Source of the DNA: Azolla caroliniana
Lineage: Eukaryota; Plantae; Polypodiophyta
Reading direction: 5' to 3'
DNA length: 64,000 nt
NCBI GenBank assembly: GCA_043228905.1
Contig: JBHGNT010000017.1
Coordinates: 17,050,001-17,114,000 of the forward strand
The notes beneath the pieces were generated by a model. The model did not search any database. It was given only the letters and a program-made list of their open reading frames with translations, and had not been told where the DNA came from. A program made the position numbers and the translations under genes. Shown here in pieces: positions 47,069 through 58,157 of this stretch; the first letter of the stretch is position 1, and every line of letters begins with the position of its first letter.

Positions 47069-47110
<42 letters not shown>

Positions 47111-50100
47111 AAAAGAGTTTCTTATTTCATAAAGCAACAATACAACAACCAACCTCACAAAGAGGTTACAAGGTCACTATATATAGTGACCGACTTAGGG
47201 CAACTGCCCTTTATGCTAATTACATAAATGGCCAAAACGGGATGGTGTGAATACGTCCATTATACACAGGTATTCGACACTCCCCCGTAATGGGCGTATA
47301 CATGGGTTATCTAAGGTTACAGGTATAGACTTAGGTTCTCGGACATATCAGCTTTGTTCGAGTCGGCAGGGTCCGAAGGCAGAAGACCGAACTGGTCGGG
47401 TCGGAACAGTTGAAGCCGATCATTAAGGAACTGATGTCGGTTGTCGGGAACCATCCTGCTCTGTGTCCGGCTCTAACCGGACTGGTTTGTCGTTACGCCC
47501 ATCTGATGCCGAAGAGACCGAAAACGGTCTGCCGAAAGACACTTGGTCATTCCATCTGCGACATTGTCGGTTGTGGATATTTTCTCTAGACCGATTTTCC
47601 CTGAAATGACGCAGTCCCGAACGAAGTGATATCGAACGTCGATATGTTTGGAGGCGTTGTGGTGAACCGGATTTTTCGACAAGGCAACAGCACCTTGACT
47701 GTCGCTGTAGACAACTGGAGCCGAGTCATGTTCGACTTGTCGAAACGTGTGCGCCAGCCGACCGAGCCACAAAGCTTCTTTTGCTGCGTCGGATGCAGCT
47801 ACATATTCTGCTTCGGTCGTTGAGGTTGCTGTGCACTCCTGAAGTTTCGACTTCCACGAGATTGCTCCATTGCCGAATTTGAAGCAGTATCCGGTTGTTG
47901 ATTTCCGACTGTCTATACAGCCGGCGAAGTCCGAGTCGGTGTAACCGACTACGCCTGAGGTTCGGTTCGGACCGAAAAGAATGCCGTGATCTTTTGTGCC
48001 AGCCAGATATCTGAACACATGCTTGACTGCGTTCCAATGCGATCGGCCAGGATTGTGCATAAATCTGCTAACGACTCCTACGGCATGAGAGATGTCAGGC
48101 CGTGTCGCGACCATCAGGTACATAAGGGAGCCGACTGCCGGTGCATACGGTACCGACTTCATATCTTCCCCCTCCGAACCGGATGTCGGGCAGTCTCGCT
48201 GAGAGAGCCGAAGATTCATAAGGAGTGGGGTTGAAGCAGATTTGGCTGATTGCATGTTGAAGCGTTCCAAGACACGTCCGATATAGTCGGTCTGAGACAA
48301 AAAAAGATGTCGTGTATTGCGATGCCGACTAATCTTCATGCCAAGGATGTGTCGTGCCGGACCGAGGTCCTTCATGGCAAACTTCAACCGCAGTTGCCGA
48401 ACGAGATCGGCAAGTTCGCCCGCGTGGCGTCCAGAAATTAGCATGTCGTCCACGTAAATGATGAGGAAGATGGGTGATCCATCTTGAGCTGTGTTGGTGA
48501 AGAGACAATGGTCCTCATCGCTTTTGGAGAAGCCGATCGATTGGATGAAGTCGTCGAACTTCTTGTACCATTGTCGCGGTGCCTGTTTGAGGCCGTATAG
48601 ACTCTTCCTGAGTCGGCAGACTAGATGTTCTTGGCCAGTTGCCACGAAGCCTTTTGGCTGCTCCATATAAATTTCCTCCTCGAGATCACCATGGAGGAAG
48701 GCTGTTTTGACATCTAGCTGAATCAGCTCCAAGTTGTCGGCTGCCACGACGCCGAGCAGAAAACGAAGGGTTGTCATTTTCACCACTGGTGAAAAAATCT
48801 CGTCGAAGTCGACGCCATATTCTTGTCGGAAGCCCTTCGCAACTAATCTGGCCTTGTACTTTGGGGTGGTCGAATCAGACGTCTCTTTTAGTCGATAAAC
48901 CCACTTGCAAGGAAGAGCACGTCGGTTCTTAGGTAATTCGACCAGATCCCAAGTCTTGTTTGCACGGATGGAGTGCATTTCCGACTCCATCGCCAGATGC
49001 CAGGTGGCCGAATCGACAGATGTCGATGCTTCTTCGTAAGACGTCGGTTCGCCGGCGTCGGTGAAGAAAATTCCAGGAGAATACCTCTCCGGAGGTTGCG
49101 ACAGTCTCTCGGATCGTCGAGGTATGATTGGACTGGTCGCATCGGGTATCGAGGTCGGATGGTCCGAAACCGAATCATTCGGCTGTGCCGAGTCAGAGTT
49201 GTCCGAGTCGGTAGTATAAGGTTCAGCTACCCGTGAAGCTGACCGTGTGTTGAGAGCGGGGCCTTCTTGAAGGGTCGGCACATCGGAGAATGTTACCCTT
49301 CGGACTTCGATTGGTTTTTCGACTGATGGGTTCATAGCCGACTCGTTGAACACAACGTCCGAACTTCGGACGATTTGTCTGCGTTCGGGGTCCCAGAGTC
49401 GGTATCCCATTTCGCCGTCTGATCCATATCCAAGGAAAATGCATTTCCTGGACCGAGGTGCAAGTTTTCGGCGATCATCTTTCGGAATAAGGGCGTACGC
49501 CTCGCATCCGAAGATCCTCAGCTTGTCGTAATTCGGCTTACTGCCGATCCATAGTTCCTGAGGAATTTGAAGTCCTAGAGGTCTACTTGGCGACATATTG
49601 ATTATGTGTACTGCCGTGAGTAGAGCCTCTGCCCAGAAGCCATCCGACAGTCCGGAGTGTTGGAGCATGGAAACTATCCTTTCTTGGATCGTCCGATTCA
49701 TTCGTTCTGCAATCCCGTTTTGCTCCGGACTGTGTGGTGCCGTAAATTCACGTCGGATGCCGCGTTGTCGGCAGAATTTGACGAATTCATCGGATTTGAA
49801 CTCTCCCCCATTGTCTGTCCGAAGGCATTTCAGCTTTCGGTCGGTTTGATTTTCTACCATAGCGAGCCAATCTGAGAAGATCGAGAAGACACGATCTTTG
49901 GTGCGAATCGGATAAGCCCACACCTTTCGAGTCGAATCGTCAATAAAACTGACGAAGTAAGAGGCACCGCCTAGAGACTGATGCGGCATTGGGCCACAGA
50001 CGTCCGAATGGACTAAATCGAGAGGTCTCGTTTCTTTTGGTGCTGATGTCGGGTGTGATGCGGCTACTTGTTTGCCATACTGGCAATGCTCGCAGAATTG

Positions 50101-52147
50101 ATGGTCGGAGAAGGAGAGTTTGGGGATGTACCCGGCTCTGGATAGGTGCGTGATGCCGGCCTTGCTGAGGTGTCCTAATCTTCGGTGCCATAGTGATGAC
50201 ACAGGAATATCCACCAAAAACAGGTTACCCTCTCTGAGCGTAACATGTAGCGGATACAATGAGTGTATCTTAGGTCCTCTAGCAAGCAGGAGGTTCCCCC
50301 TGTGGAGTGTCCACCCTCCCGAAGAAAAACCGGCACGAATGCCGTCTTCATCTAGTTGTCCGACTGAGATCAATGGCCTTGAGAGCTCGGGTACATGTCG
50401 GACATTGTGGAGTACAAGTGTTGAGCCACCTGCAAGGTTGAGCTCTACTGTGCCGATTCCGATGATGTCGCAGTGTTGCGAGTTACCGACTCGAACTGAG
50501 TCGGAGTGACGGATCGTATATTGCCGAAATTGGGATCGATGAGGAGTCACGTGAAACGACGCGCCCGAATCTAAGAGCCATGTGCTCGACTCTTCAGTCG
50601 TGAGTAGAACTTCTGATCCGACTGGATTTTCGATTGATAGTATATTCGGGTCGTCTGGTAGCACATCAGCTGAGAAGCTGACGTAGTTGACCTCCTCATG
50701 CCGGCCACTCTTCTTGTTGTTCTTGTTCTTGAGTGCGCGGCAGTCGGCTTTGATGTGTCCGGGTTTCTTGCAATAGTTGCAGGTTCGGTTATCCCGTGAC
50801 TGGCTCCGTCTTCGCTGATTGTTCGGCGGTCGTGAGGAATCTCTTCCTCGTATGTTCGATCGGTCTGTCGAACCTTGTACTACGTAAGCGTCGTCCGTTG
50901 AGTCTTTGGCAAAAGACTTTCTCCGAGCTGCTTCGGTCAGGATTGCGCTCGTGACTTCGGAGTATTTAACAGCCGTGGTTGACGCGTTGCACACAGTTGT
51001 GACGAAAGTTTCCCATGATGAGGGAAGGCTGCTCATGAGTATCATTGCTCTGAGCTCATCCTCGATTGCCGTCCCCTGTGACGAGATTTGGGAGCTTATG
51101 CTTTCGTACTCATTGAGGTGTGCTTGAACCGAATCGGATTCTTTCATCCGCAAGTTGTAGAGGCGCCAGATCAGAAACATCTTTGTTGCGGCGACCTTCT
51201 TTTCGTAAGTGTCCGACAGCGTTTTCCACAGTTCGAATGCTGTCGTACACGATTGCACCGTAAAGTATACCGATTCCGATAGGTGCATCCGAATCGTGGC
51301 GCGGACGATTCTGTCCAGCTTCTGCCACTCAATTGGTTTGTATCCTTCTGGAGGTTCTTCATTTTCGATGGGATCGATCTGCCCCTTGACTATGAGATAG
51401 TCCTGCATTTGTTCCTTCCAGAAGTTGAAGTTCGATCCATCGAACTTTCGTAGACTCATTTCTGACGAGCCGGATGTTGATGCCATCAAATTCGGTTTCA
51501 GTTGACGAAGCTCGGTTCGGAGTTGACTACGAACCTTGTTGGAGTGCAGCCGGTTGGCTCACCCGATATCGTTCTAGTCGGATTTGAACCCGAGTCGGTT
51601 CGGCTTCGGAACTTGCTCGAATTGACTCCGGTAACTTGAGGGACAGAACCGACTGGTCTTCCCGAATGTTGCCGAGTCGGAGTGAGCCCGGTTCGTTTCG
51701 GATATATATGCCGAATACCGATTATTAAAACCGATTATCTGAACCGATTTTGCTTCGGTTGACTGCAGCGACGAGAGAGACGGATCCGACTGATCCTCCC
51801 GAATGTCGATCAGCCAGATGAAGCATGAATTTGGGTTGTTGTCAGGGTTGCACAAGGGGATTTCACCTCGAGCGGTTACGATCACGGGGAGCGGAGTACA
51901 ACCTGCTGGCTTACTCCAAACAAAGATGATCTAACGCGATGAGATGCAAACCTGGTTTTTCTTCTTCTTCTCTCTTCTTCGAATGACGCAGGGAACCGAA
52001 TGCAGAGACGACGGCCGACAGCGGATTGAAGAACCGACTACTGTGCAGGCTCTGATACCAGATGTTGGAAGCAATGTCGTCTGTGCGGAAGATCAAGAAG
52101 CACTCGATTCCTGTTTATTCCCTGTGTATGACAGAATGTAGGTCGTT

Positions 52148-52187
<40 letters not shown>

Positions 52188-52358
52188 ACAAAAGAGTTTC
52201 TTATTTCATAAAGCAACAATACAACAACCAACCTCACAAAGAGGTTACAAGGTCACTATATATAGTGACCGACTTAGGGCAACTGCCCTTTATGCTAATT
52301 ACATAAATGGCCAAAACGGGATGGTGTGAATACGTCCATTATACACAGGTATTCGACA
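46984..52358 (-). mobile_element. Copia-4, intact, near-identical to Copia-3
   Basis: LTRs 46984-47279 and 52063-52358; PBS (GCTCTGATACCA on +) ending at 52060; TSD GAACT at 46979-46983 and 52359-52363. Confidence 0.97.
47473..51489 (-). CDS. gag-pol: Copia Gag-Pol polyprotein, 1338 aa
   Basis: Same protein as 40486-44502 except LIRR>LIWR and TPLP>TPLL. Confidence 0.97.
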   Translation of the reverse strand: MMASTSGSSEMSLRKFDGSNFNFWKEQMQDYLIVKGQIDPIENEEPPEGYKPIEWQKLDRIVRATIRMHLSESVYFTVQSCTTAFELWKTLSDTYEKKVAATKMFLIWRLYNLRMKESDSVQAHLNEYESISSQISSQGTAIEDELRAMILMSSLPSSWETFVTTVCNASTTAVKYSEVTSAILTEAARRKSFAKDSTDDAYVVQGSTDRSNIRGRDSSRPPNNQRRRSQSRDNRTCNYCKKPGHIKADCRALKNKNNKKSGRHEEVNYVSFSADVLPDDPNILSIENPVGSEVLLTTEESSTWLLDSGASFHVTPHRSQFRQYTIRHSDSVRVGNSQHCDIIGIGTVELNLAGGSTLVLHNVRHVPELSRPLISVGQLDEDGIRAGFSSGGWTLHRGNLLLARGPKIHSLYPLHVTLREGNLFLVDIPVSSLWHRRLGHLSKAGITHLSRAGYIPKLSFSDHQFCEHCQYGKQVAASHPTSAPKETRPLDLVHSDVCGPMPHQSLGGASYFVSFIDDSTRKVWAYPIRTKDRVFSIFSDWLAMVENQTDRKLKCLRTDNGGEFKSDEFVKFCRQRGIRREFTAPHSPEQNGIAERMNRTIQERIVSMLQHSGLSDGFWAEALLTAVHIINMSPSRPLGLQIPQELWIGSKPNYDKLRIFGCEAYALIPKDDRRKLAPRSRKCIFLGYGSDGEMGYRLWDPERRQIVRSSDVVFNESAMNPSVEKPIEVRRVTFSDVPTLQEGPALNTRSASRVAEPYTTDSDNSDSAQPNDSVSDHPTSIPDATSPIIPRRSERLSQPPERYSPGIFFTDAGEPTSYEEASTSVDSATWHLAMESEMHSIRANKTWDLVELPKNRRALPCKWVYRLKETSDSTTPKYKARLVAKGFRQEYGVDFDEIFSPVVKMTTLRFLLGVVAADNLELIQLDVKTAFLHGDLEEEIYMEQPKGFVATGQEHLVCRLRKSLYGLKQAPRQWYKKFDDFIQSIGFSKSDEDHCLFTNTAQDGSPIFLIIYVDDMLISGRHAGELADLVRQLRLKFAMKDLGPARHILGMKISRHRNTRHLFLSQTDYIGRVLERFNMQSAKSASTPLLMNLRLSQRDCPTSGSEGEDMKSVPYAPAVGSLMYLMVATRPDISHAVGVVSRFMHNPGRSHWNAVKHVFRYLAGTKDHGILFGPNRTSGVVGYTDSDFAGCIDSRKSTTGYCFKFGNGAISWKSKLQECTATSTTEAEYVAASDAAKEALWLGRLAHTFRQVEHDSAPVVYSDSQGAVALSKNPVHHNASKHIDVRYHFVRDCVISGKIGLEKISTTDNVADGMTKCLSADRFRSLRHQMGVTTNQSG

Positions 52359-52527
52359 GAACTATCCACCGTCATTGAGCTTAAGAACTTGCCAATGTGT
52401 AGCCACTCCCCTTCGTATTCACTTTCGTTGAAGGCGTGGAGCACTCGAACATCTCGATCATCTATAGATGGTTGGATCATCTTAAAGAAGTCAAGAGCGA
52501 CATCCTCATCTTCAGACACCATATTGC

Positions 52528-53199
52528 TGACGGGAACTAAACGCTCCTTATGCGCAACGCTCGGCCACAATCGAGCTTAGAATCATACACAGAAAAACCG
52601 GGTTATGAATGCACAACACAATGGAGAGAAGAGTACACAGGATGATTAACGTGGAAAACCCTGAGAGGGAAAAACCACGGCAGTCCACTGACTGCTAACT
52701 ATCACTATGTCACAGTAATTACAACGGTGAGCTCACAGAGGCAACGACCTCGTGCTCACGATCTTCGCCACAGGTGGCGGTTACAACAGAGGCAACAACC
52801 TCTTTCTCTCTCTCTCTCTCTGTACACAGTTACGCGCTCTCTCTCACCTTGCACCAACAAGAATGACAACAACTCTACATCACCCCAATAAGTTTGCCCT
52901 AAGTCATATTTATACTAATATGACTTTTCGGCTATTTACAAATATAGCCACGATGGACTCTCAGAAACATATTTACGTATATGTCTCTTCATCCGGTGAG
53001 CACTCCTCACCGGGTCTTCACCATCCGGCTCTCCGTAGCTGGGTACTCCTCATCTGGTTCTCACCGAGTCTGCACCATCCGGCTCTCCGTAGCCAGGTAC
53101 TCGTCATCCGGTTTCGGCCTCGGCCTATCGGCCTAGACCGAGTTTGCTCATCAGCACTGTTCTTCTCCCTTCCCATCCGGAGGAACTTGTCTCCCAACA
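52528..53199 (-). mobile_element. Solo LTR related to the Copia-1 LTR
   Basis: TG...CA ends; TSD ATTGC/ATCGC. Reverse-complement blocks match the Copia-1 LTR (CAACGCTCGGCCACAA, TTTGCCCTAAGTCATATTTATACTA, GAGGCAACGACCTCG). Confidence 0.85.
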
Positions 53200-54676
53200 A
53201 TCGCTTTTGCCCTCGATAGCATATCTGCCATGGCATTGTTCTTCCCTAAATGTGGTGAATCTCCGAGTTCATTGATTTGATGTAAGCAATCCATCTTAGC
53301 ATAGCTAGGTCAGGTGTTGCACATCCCGAAACCATCCCTAGGATTGGAAGTCAATCTGTCTCTATTACCACCTCTAACCCGATTAGGTAATCTTTATCCG
53401 CCTTCACTGCGGACACAATACCCCAAAGCTCATGTTTTACTTGGGCGTATCCTCATTGTCGCTCGCTTAAGACCTTGGCTCCGAACCGGATGGCGTAGCG
53501 TGTACCATCCTCTCCTTTTTTGTTGATGACCCATCTGATCCCTGTTGGACTCGTATCTACCGTCGCGTAGATGGGCACCCCTTCCTTGTATACGGCTTTT
53601 CGTAAAGTTGGTGCCGCTACTAACATTCCTTTGAGCCTCTTCATTGCCTTTGTGTGCTCTTCCTCCCACTTGACCTTCCGCCCTTCTTGAGTAGCCCATA
53701 CAAGGGCTTGGCTAGGTGAGCATAGTGCGGGATCCAAATGTGGTAGAATGCACAGCCACCAAGAAATCGCCTCACCTCTGTTTTCGATTTACATTCTTCC
53801 CTCATGTCTGTGATGGCGTCCACCTTTGACGGTGATGGCTTCCGTCCATATGCCCCGCACAAGTGTCCCACCACAAGGATCTCTAGTTGGCCGAAAGCTG
53901 ATTTCTCACCCGAGAAGGTCAACCATGCATCTTCGAGTCTTTGTAGAACCTTCTCACAATCGGAGATGTGATATGCCACAAAACGTTTGCACCCATCCTT
54001 GTCCAAGGTTTCATCTTTCTCCGCTTCAGACCACCCTTTTATGGGGATGTCATCGAGGAATGGCATGGTGATGTCAGGGATGTAATCTCTTAATACCTTG
54101 TTCATTGCATTTACCATGTGGGCTACAGAGTTAGTGCCTCCTTGTGGCAAGGTACACATTCGCACTAGGCCGATAGGGATCCGCATCATCGTGATGTCCC
54201 TACTCTCCACATCTAGTTGGAATTGATCATAACCCGAGTATAGATCACCGATCGAATAAACAGACCTTCTAGCGAAGGCCTCGGCGAATTCGTCAACGCT
54301 CGGCCCAACCCTTGCATTTCAAATTGTCACTTGATTAACAAGTTGTAGGTCCTAGATGAAGCGTAACGTGTTGTTCTTCTTTGGCACAATGAACCACCTA
54401 TTTGAGTATGGGGCGCCTGATGGCTCGAGGATACCCATCTCGATCTTTTCCTTGAGTAGTTCAATCAACTTCAGGATGTGAGCTCTCGGAACCGGGATTG
54501 GTTTGATGTTCCACGGTACATGCGGCACCGTAAAGATCACCATTGGCTCCATGATCTTAGGGTTTACACACCCTATCTCACCCGACGAGAAGGCGAAAGC
54601 CCTTCCGTGGTTTTCGATCATCCTTCTAAATCTTTCCTCCTCCCTAGGCAATAGGAAGCCACCCCCACCAATCTAG

Positions 54677-55429
54677 TGTCGTGAAGATTTTCGACAACGG
54701 TGTGAAAATCACGTGGAACAAGGAAAATGGAGAAGGTGCAATATGCACATGTATGGAAGGGGTGATGGTTAATGTGCACATGTGATGTGCGTTTAAGTGA
54801 TCATTACACATATATATATAATAAGCCTAACGCATACAATGAGGTGCAAGTAAAGGTTTTAAACCTTACACCTCCAAGATAGGAGGCAATAGACATACCA
54901 TTAGACTACGTTGTTTCATTTAAAAGTTAATTTTGTTCATTGTACATTTCACAAAAAATTGTTTGTACATGAGAGCTTAGATAAGGTACATGGTCATCAT
55001 GCACCACATGTGATGCATGAGAGCCAAATGGCGATCATGCATCTCATGCATTGTATGTATGTACTACACCCTCACATACACATATGCATGGGAGCATCTA
55101 TATAAGAAGGAGAGAAAGAGAAAGAAAGGGGGGAGGGATGTATGTAATCAATAATAATTATTAAGTTCTAGTTATCTCATTGGCAAAGTGTCTTCTATCT
55201 CAATTTCGAAGTCAAAGGTTCAAACCGGGAATAAGAATTCCCGCCTGTAACCATCTATCAATTTATCTTTAATACTTCTCTCTTGCGCTAGTCCTTCCGC
55301 GGTTCCGTTATCTTGAACGATCCCATCATCAATCCTCCATAACCACTAGCGGATAGAGGCCCGGTGCTTGTCCGCGCTTGTGACGCGCACATCTCGACGT
55401 TTGGCACGTGTGTCACGCGCCACGCAACA
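54677..55429. mobile_element. Solo LTR, family X
   Basis: TGTCGTGAAG...CACGCAACA interrupts the Gypsy frame QKLQ|IGGGGFLL; 4-bp TSD CTAG/CTGG; its end matches 4977-5023. Confidence 0.8.
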
Positions 55430-58134
55430 CTGGAGCTTCTGTCGCGTCTCGTCAGTGAACCGGTGCCCTATGCCTCGTGGGTCCCGCAAGCTAGGATCAG
55501 CTGCTACCCCCTTTATCTTGATCCCAACTATCATTAGGCAATGGGACAGCCACAGGCTTCACCTTCTTGTCCACGGTCTTGTACTTTGTTTGTACCTTGA
55601 CCGTCCTTGCTTCCTCAATCAACCGCCCAAGCTCTTCGATGGCGGTGTACATGTCAACTGAGTTGACTGGAATTACCTTGTCTTCATTGAGGCCCGAAAC
55701 ACTATCCTCTCCATCTCTCTGAGAGTAATGTCGAACGAGACCGCCTCCATGGTGCCGCTTATGGTGTCATCTTCCCCCAATAAATTACATTGTTTGAGAT
55801 ACCTTTCGTATCTCTTGGCCCTAGGCTTATCTCTATCACTTAAACTAGTAATTTTACAAGCTCCATTTTCGGAGAACCAAAATTGTTTCCTGTTACATTT
55901 AATAGTTTTACAAGGGTTTAGGGTCTTAGTTTGCCTCGGGCTATTGCGGCCCCACTCTTTAATAGCTCGCATCAAAAATCCTCTCGGCTCTCCCCTTTGA
56001 GGGAGGCTCAATTGCGCTCATGGTTGGGCCTTACTGTAAGGAATTGGACCGAATGCTTCCCATCTTGGCTCTTGACCCTCGCATATGCCGACCCGTTGTC
56101 TAGCACCTTCATCTCCATGCAAGCTGCTGTGATGTACGGTTCACCCAAGATGACCGGGTGCGAGGACGTCTTTTGAACAAAGAAATGTTGATCTATTTCT
56201 ACGTCCCCCACCTTCACACGTACATTTGGGCAAGCCCCATATAGCTCCTCGGTTGCTCGGGTCGCCGCTCTAATCTTCCACCCGTGCTTCGTGTTGATCG
56301 GCCACTTTCCCTTTTTATAAAAGTCCATGGACATAAGGTTGATCTCAGAGCCATGGTCGATCAATGCTACAACCGGCTCTTTTACATCTCCGACCCGTAC
56401 CGGTGTCTCCGTTGTCGCTCTCGCCCAATGCAGCCTCGTGTAGTGACTGTCTGCATAGACCTCAGTTGACAATGCATTTACAATCGCGGGCTTTGCTACT
56501 TCTTGCTCCGTCGAGAGCCGCTTCCTCTTCATTAGGTCGATGATGACCTCGTCGAATTCTTTCTTGGCAATTCCGAGGGCCTCTCGCAGAGTAAACTCTA
56601 CGCGACTATCGGGGATCCTTTCCTCCACTACCTTCTTCAAGTCCATTGCTTGTTCGATCTCCAAGAAAAGCTTGAAGTTGGGGGGGGTCCCCTTCTCTTT
56701 CCATCTTTCATCGCGTGCTTGAGACTGGTTCGGCTCTTCCCTTCTTCGTGCACCTTGAGCGTCGTATTTCCTTGATGGACCGACTCCCTCGTCATTTCCT
56801 ACCTTCTTCTCTTCTACCATTACTTTGTAGTTTTGGCAAACGGCTTCCACTAAGCCTGTCTTTTCTTCCACCAGATCCTTCCACCCGGTTGCTTCTTGGA
56901 CCCCTTCTTTCCGCTTCGTCCGCTTCTTCTCTTTTGAACTTTCCCCTAGAGAGGCTTCCAAGGATTGACGGCCAAAAGTCAAACTCTTTCTCCTCTTGCC
57001 TCCTCACCTCTTTCCCCACTCGGATCCCAGCCGACGCCGAGTAGTGGACAACTTCAACATGTCGTGCTTCGGCCTCCTCCATTAGACATCTCATGCCTCC
57101 TCAGCCTTGATTCAATCCCAAGGGACACCTTGTCTCCGTCGAATAGACCCTATTGTTCCAAAGATAGACAATATCCCTTCTTAGGGCCTCTTGAAAGTCT
57201 CCACACTCCCATCGTAGGTGGTCGGGATTGTCGCACCACATACATCTTTGTGCAAACGGGGGACGTCGATCTTGAGGACCGCCACTCTCTCTCCTAGCTT
57301 GCGCTATTTGGAGATCTCGCACCATCTTTGTGAGCTCGTTTATTGCCGACCCTCCCGACGGTGCTTCAACCACGTTTCTCTCAGGCACGAACCTTGCATT
57401 TGCTTGCTCTCTTTCTTGAGGTGCTCTACCACCCCTGGGTTCGAGTGTCTCACTAATGGAACCTGTGGATGTTTGGCCGCTCAGTAGAGACTTGTCGTTC
57501 CATTCCCTTCTCTTATCGAAGCAACTACAAACCCGTTTTACCATAGCCCAATCCGTCGTGAGCCCATCATCAGTTTCGAGGAGGAGCCCCACCTTCTCTC
57601 GGTCTCATGCATCAACAACCTTTATGAATAGTAGGACCTTGCTTGTGTCAAGCACCATCCTATCGAGAGCCGAGAGCCGAGAGTCGCGCGAAGCGCTTCT
57701 CAAATTCTTGTAGAATTACCATAGTATTTCTCCCCTTGCTAGGAAGCTCAACCCACTCCATTAGATCCCTTTTCAAAATTCTGAGTGAGTCATCAAGGCC
57801 GTACTTCTCAAGGAGTCTTTCTTCGAACTCCACCCAATTGCAACAATCTGCTTGGATCTTGAGTACCTCTGCGTGGATACCCGGCGTTACCACTCTAACG
57901 AATCTGGTTAGCCGCCTATCTTCGGGGACATTTCGCATAAGCATTTCGGCCTTATAGGCATCCAAGTAGCTTGTGGTATCTCTTCCATTCAACCAACCCG
58001 TTGTGCTGACCACCGTCTCTATGGCTCGGTCTAGGCCGGTGATGCCTTCTCGGGCATTTACCAAGCAGTCCACCGCCGCCGCCATCGCTTCAGCGAGTTC
58101 TCCTCCTCGCATCTTGGTTCTCCCTTGTCGCCCT

Positions 58135-58152
58135 TTCACGTCGGGTTCACCA
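58135..58152 (-). promoter_or_regulatory. Primer binding site complementary to tRNA-Trp
   Basis: The + strand reads TTCACGTCGGGTTCACCA, matching the 3' end of plant cytosolic tRNA-Trp as I recall it; 5 nt from the LTR. Confidence 0.8.
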
Positions 58153-58157
58153 ATTTA

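Noticed and set aside
40575-52141. Short alternative-frame and antisense ORFs repeated twice
   Set aside because: Shadow ORFs of the two GC-rich Copia polyprotein genes.
4977-55429. Match between 4977-5023 and 55385-55429 as termini of one giant element, or as TIRs of the DNA transposon
   Set aside because: They are in direct orientation, and the right copy is the end of a self-contained solo LTR with its own TSD.
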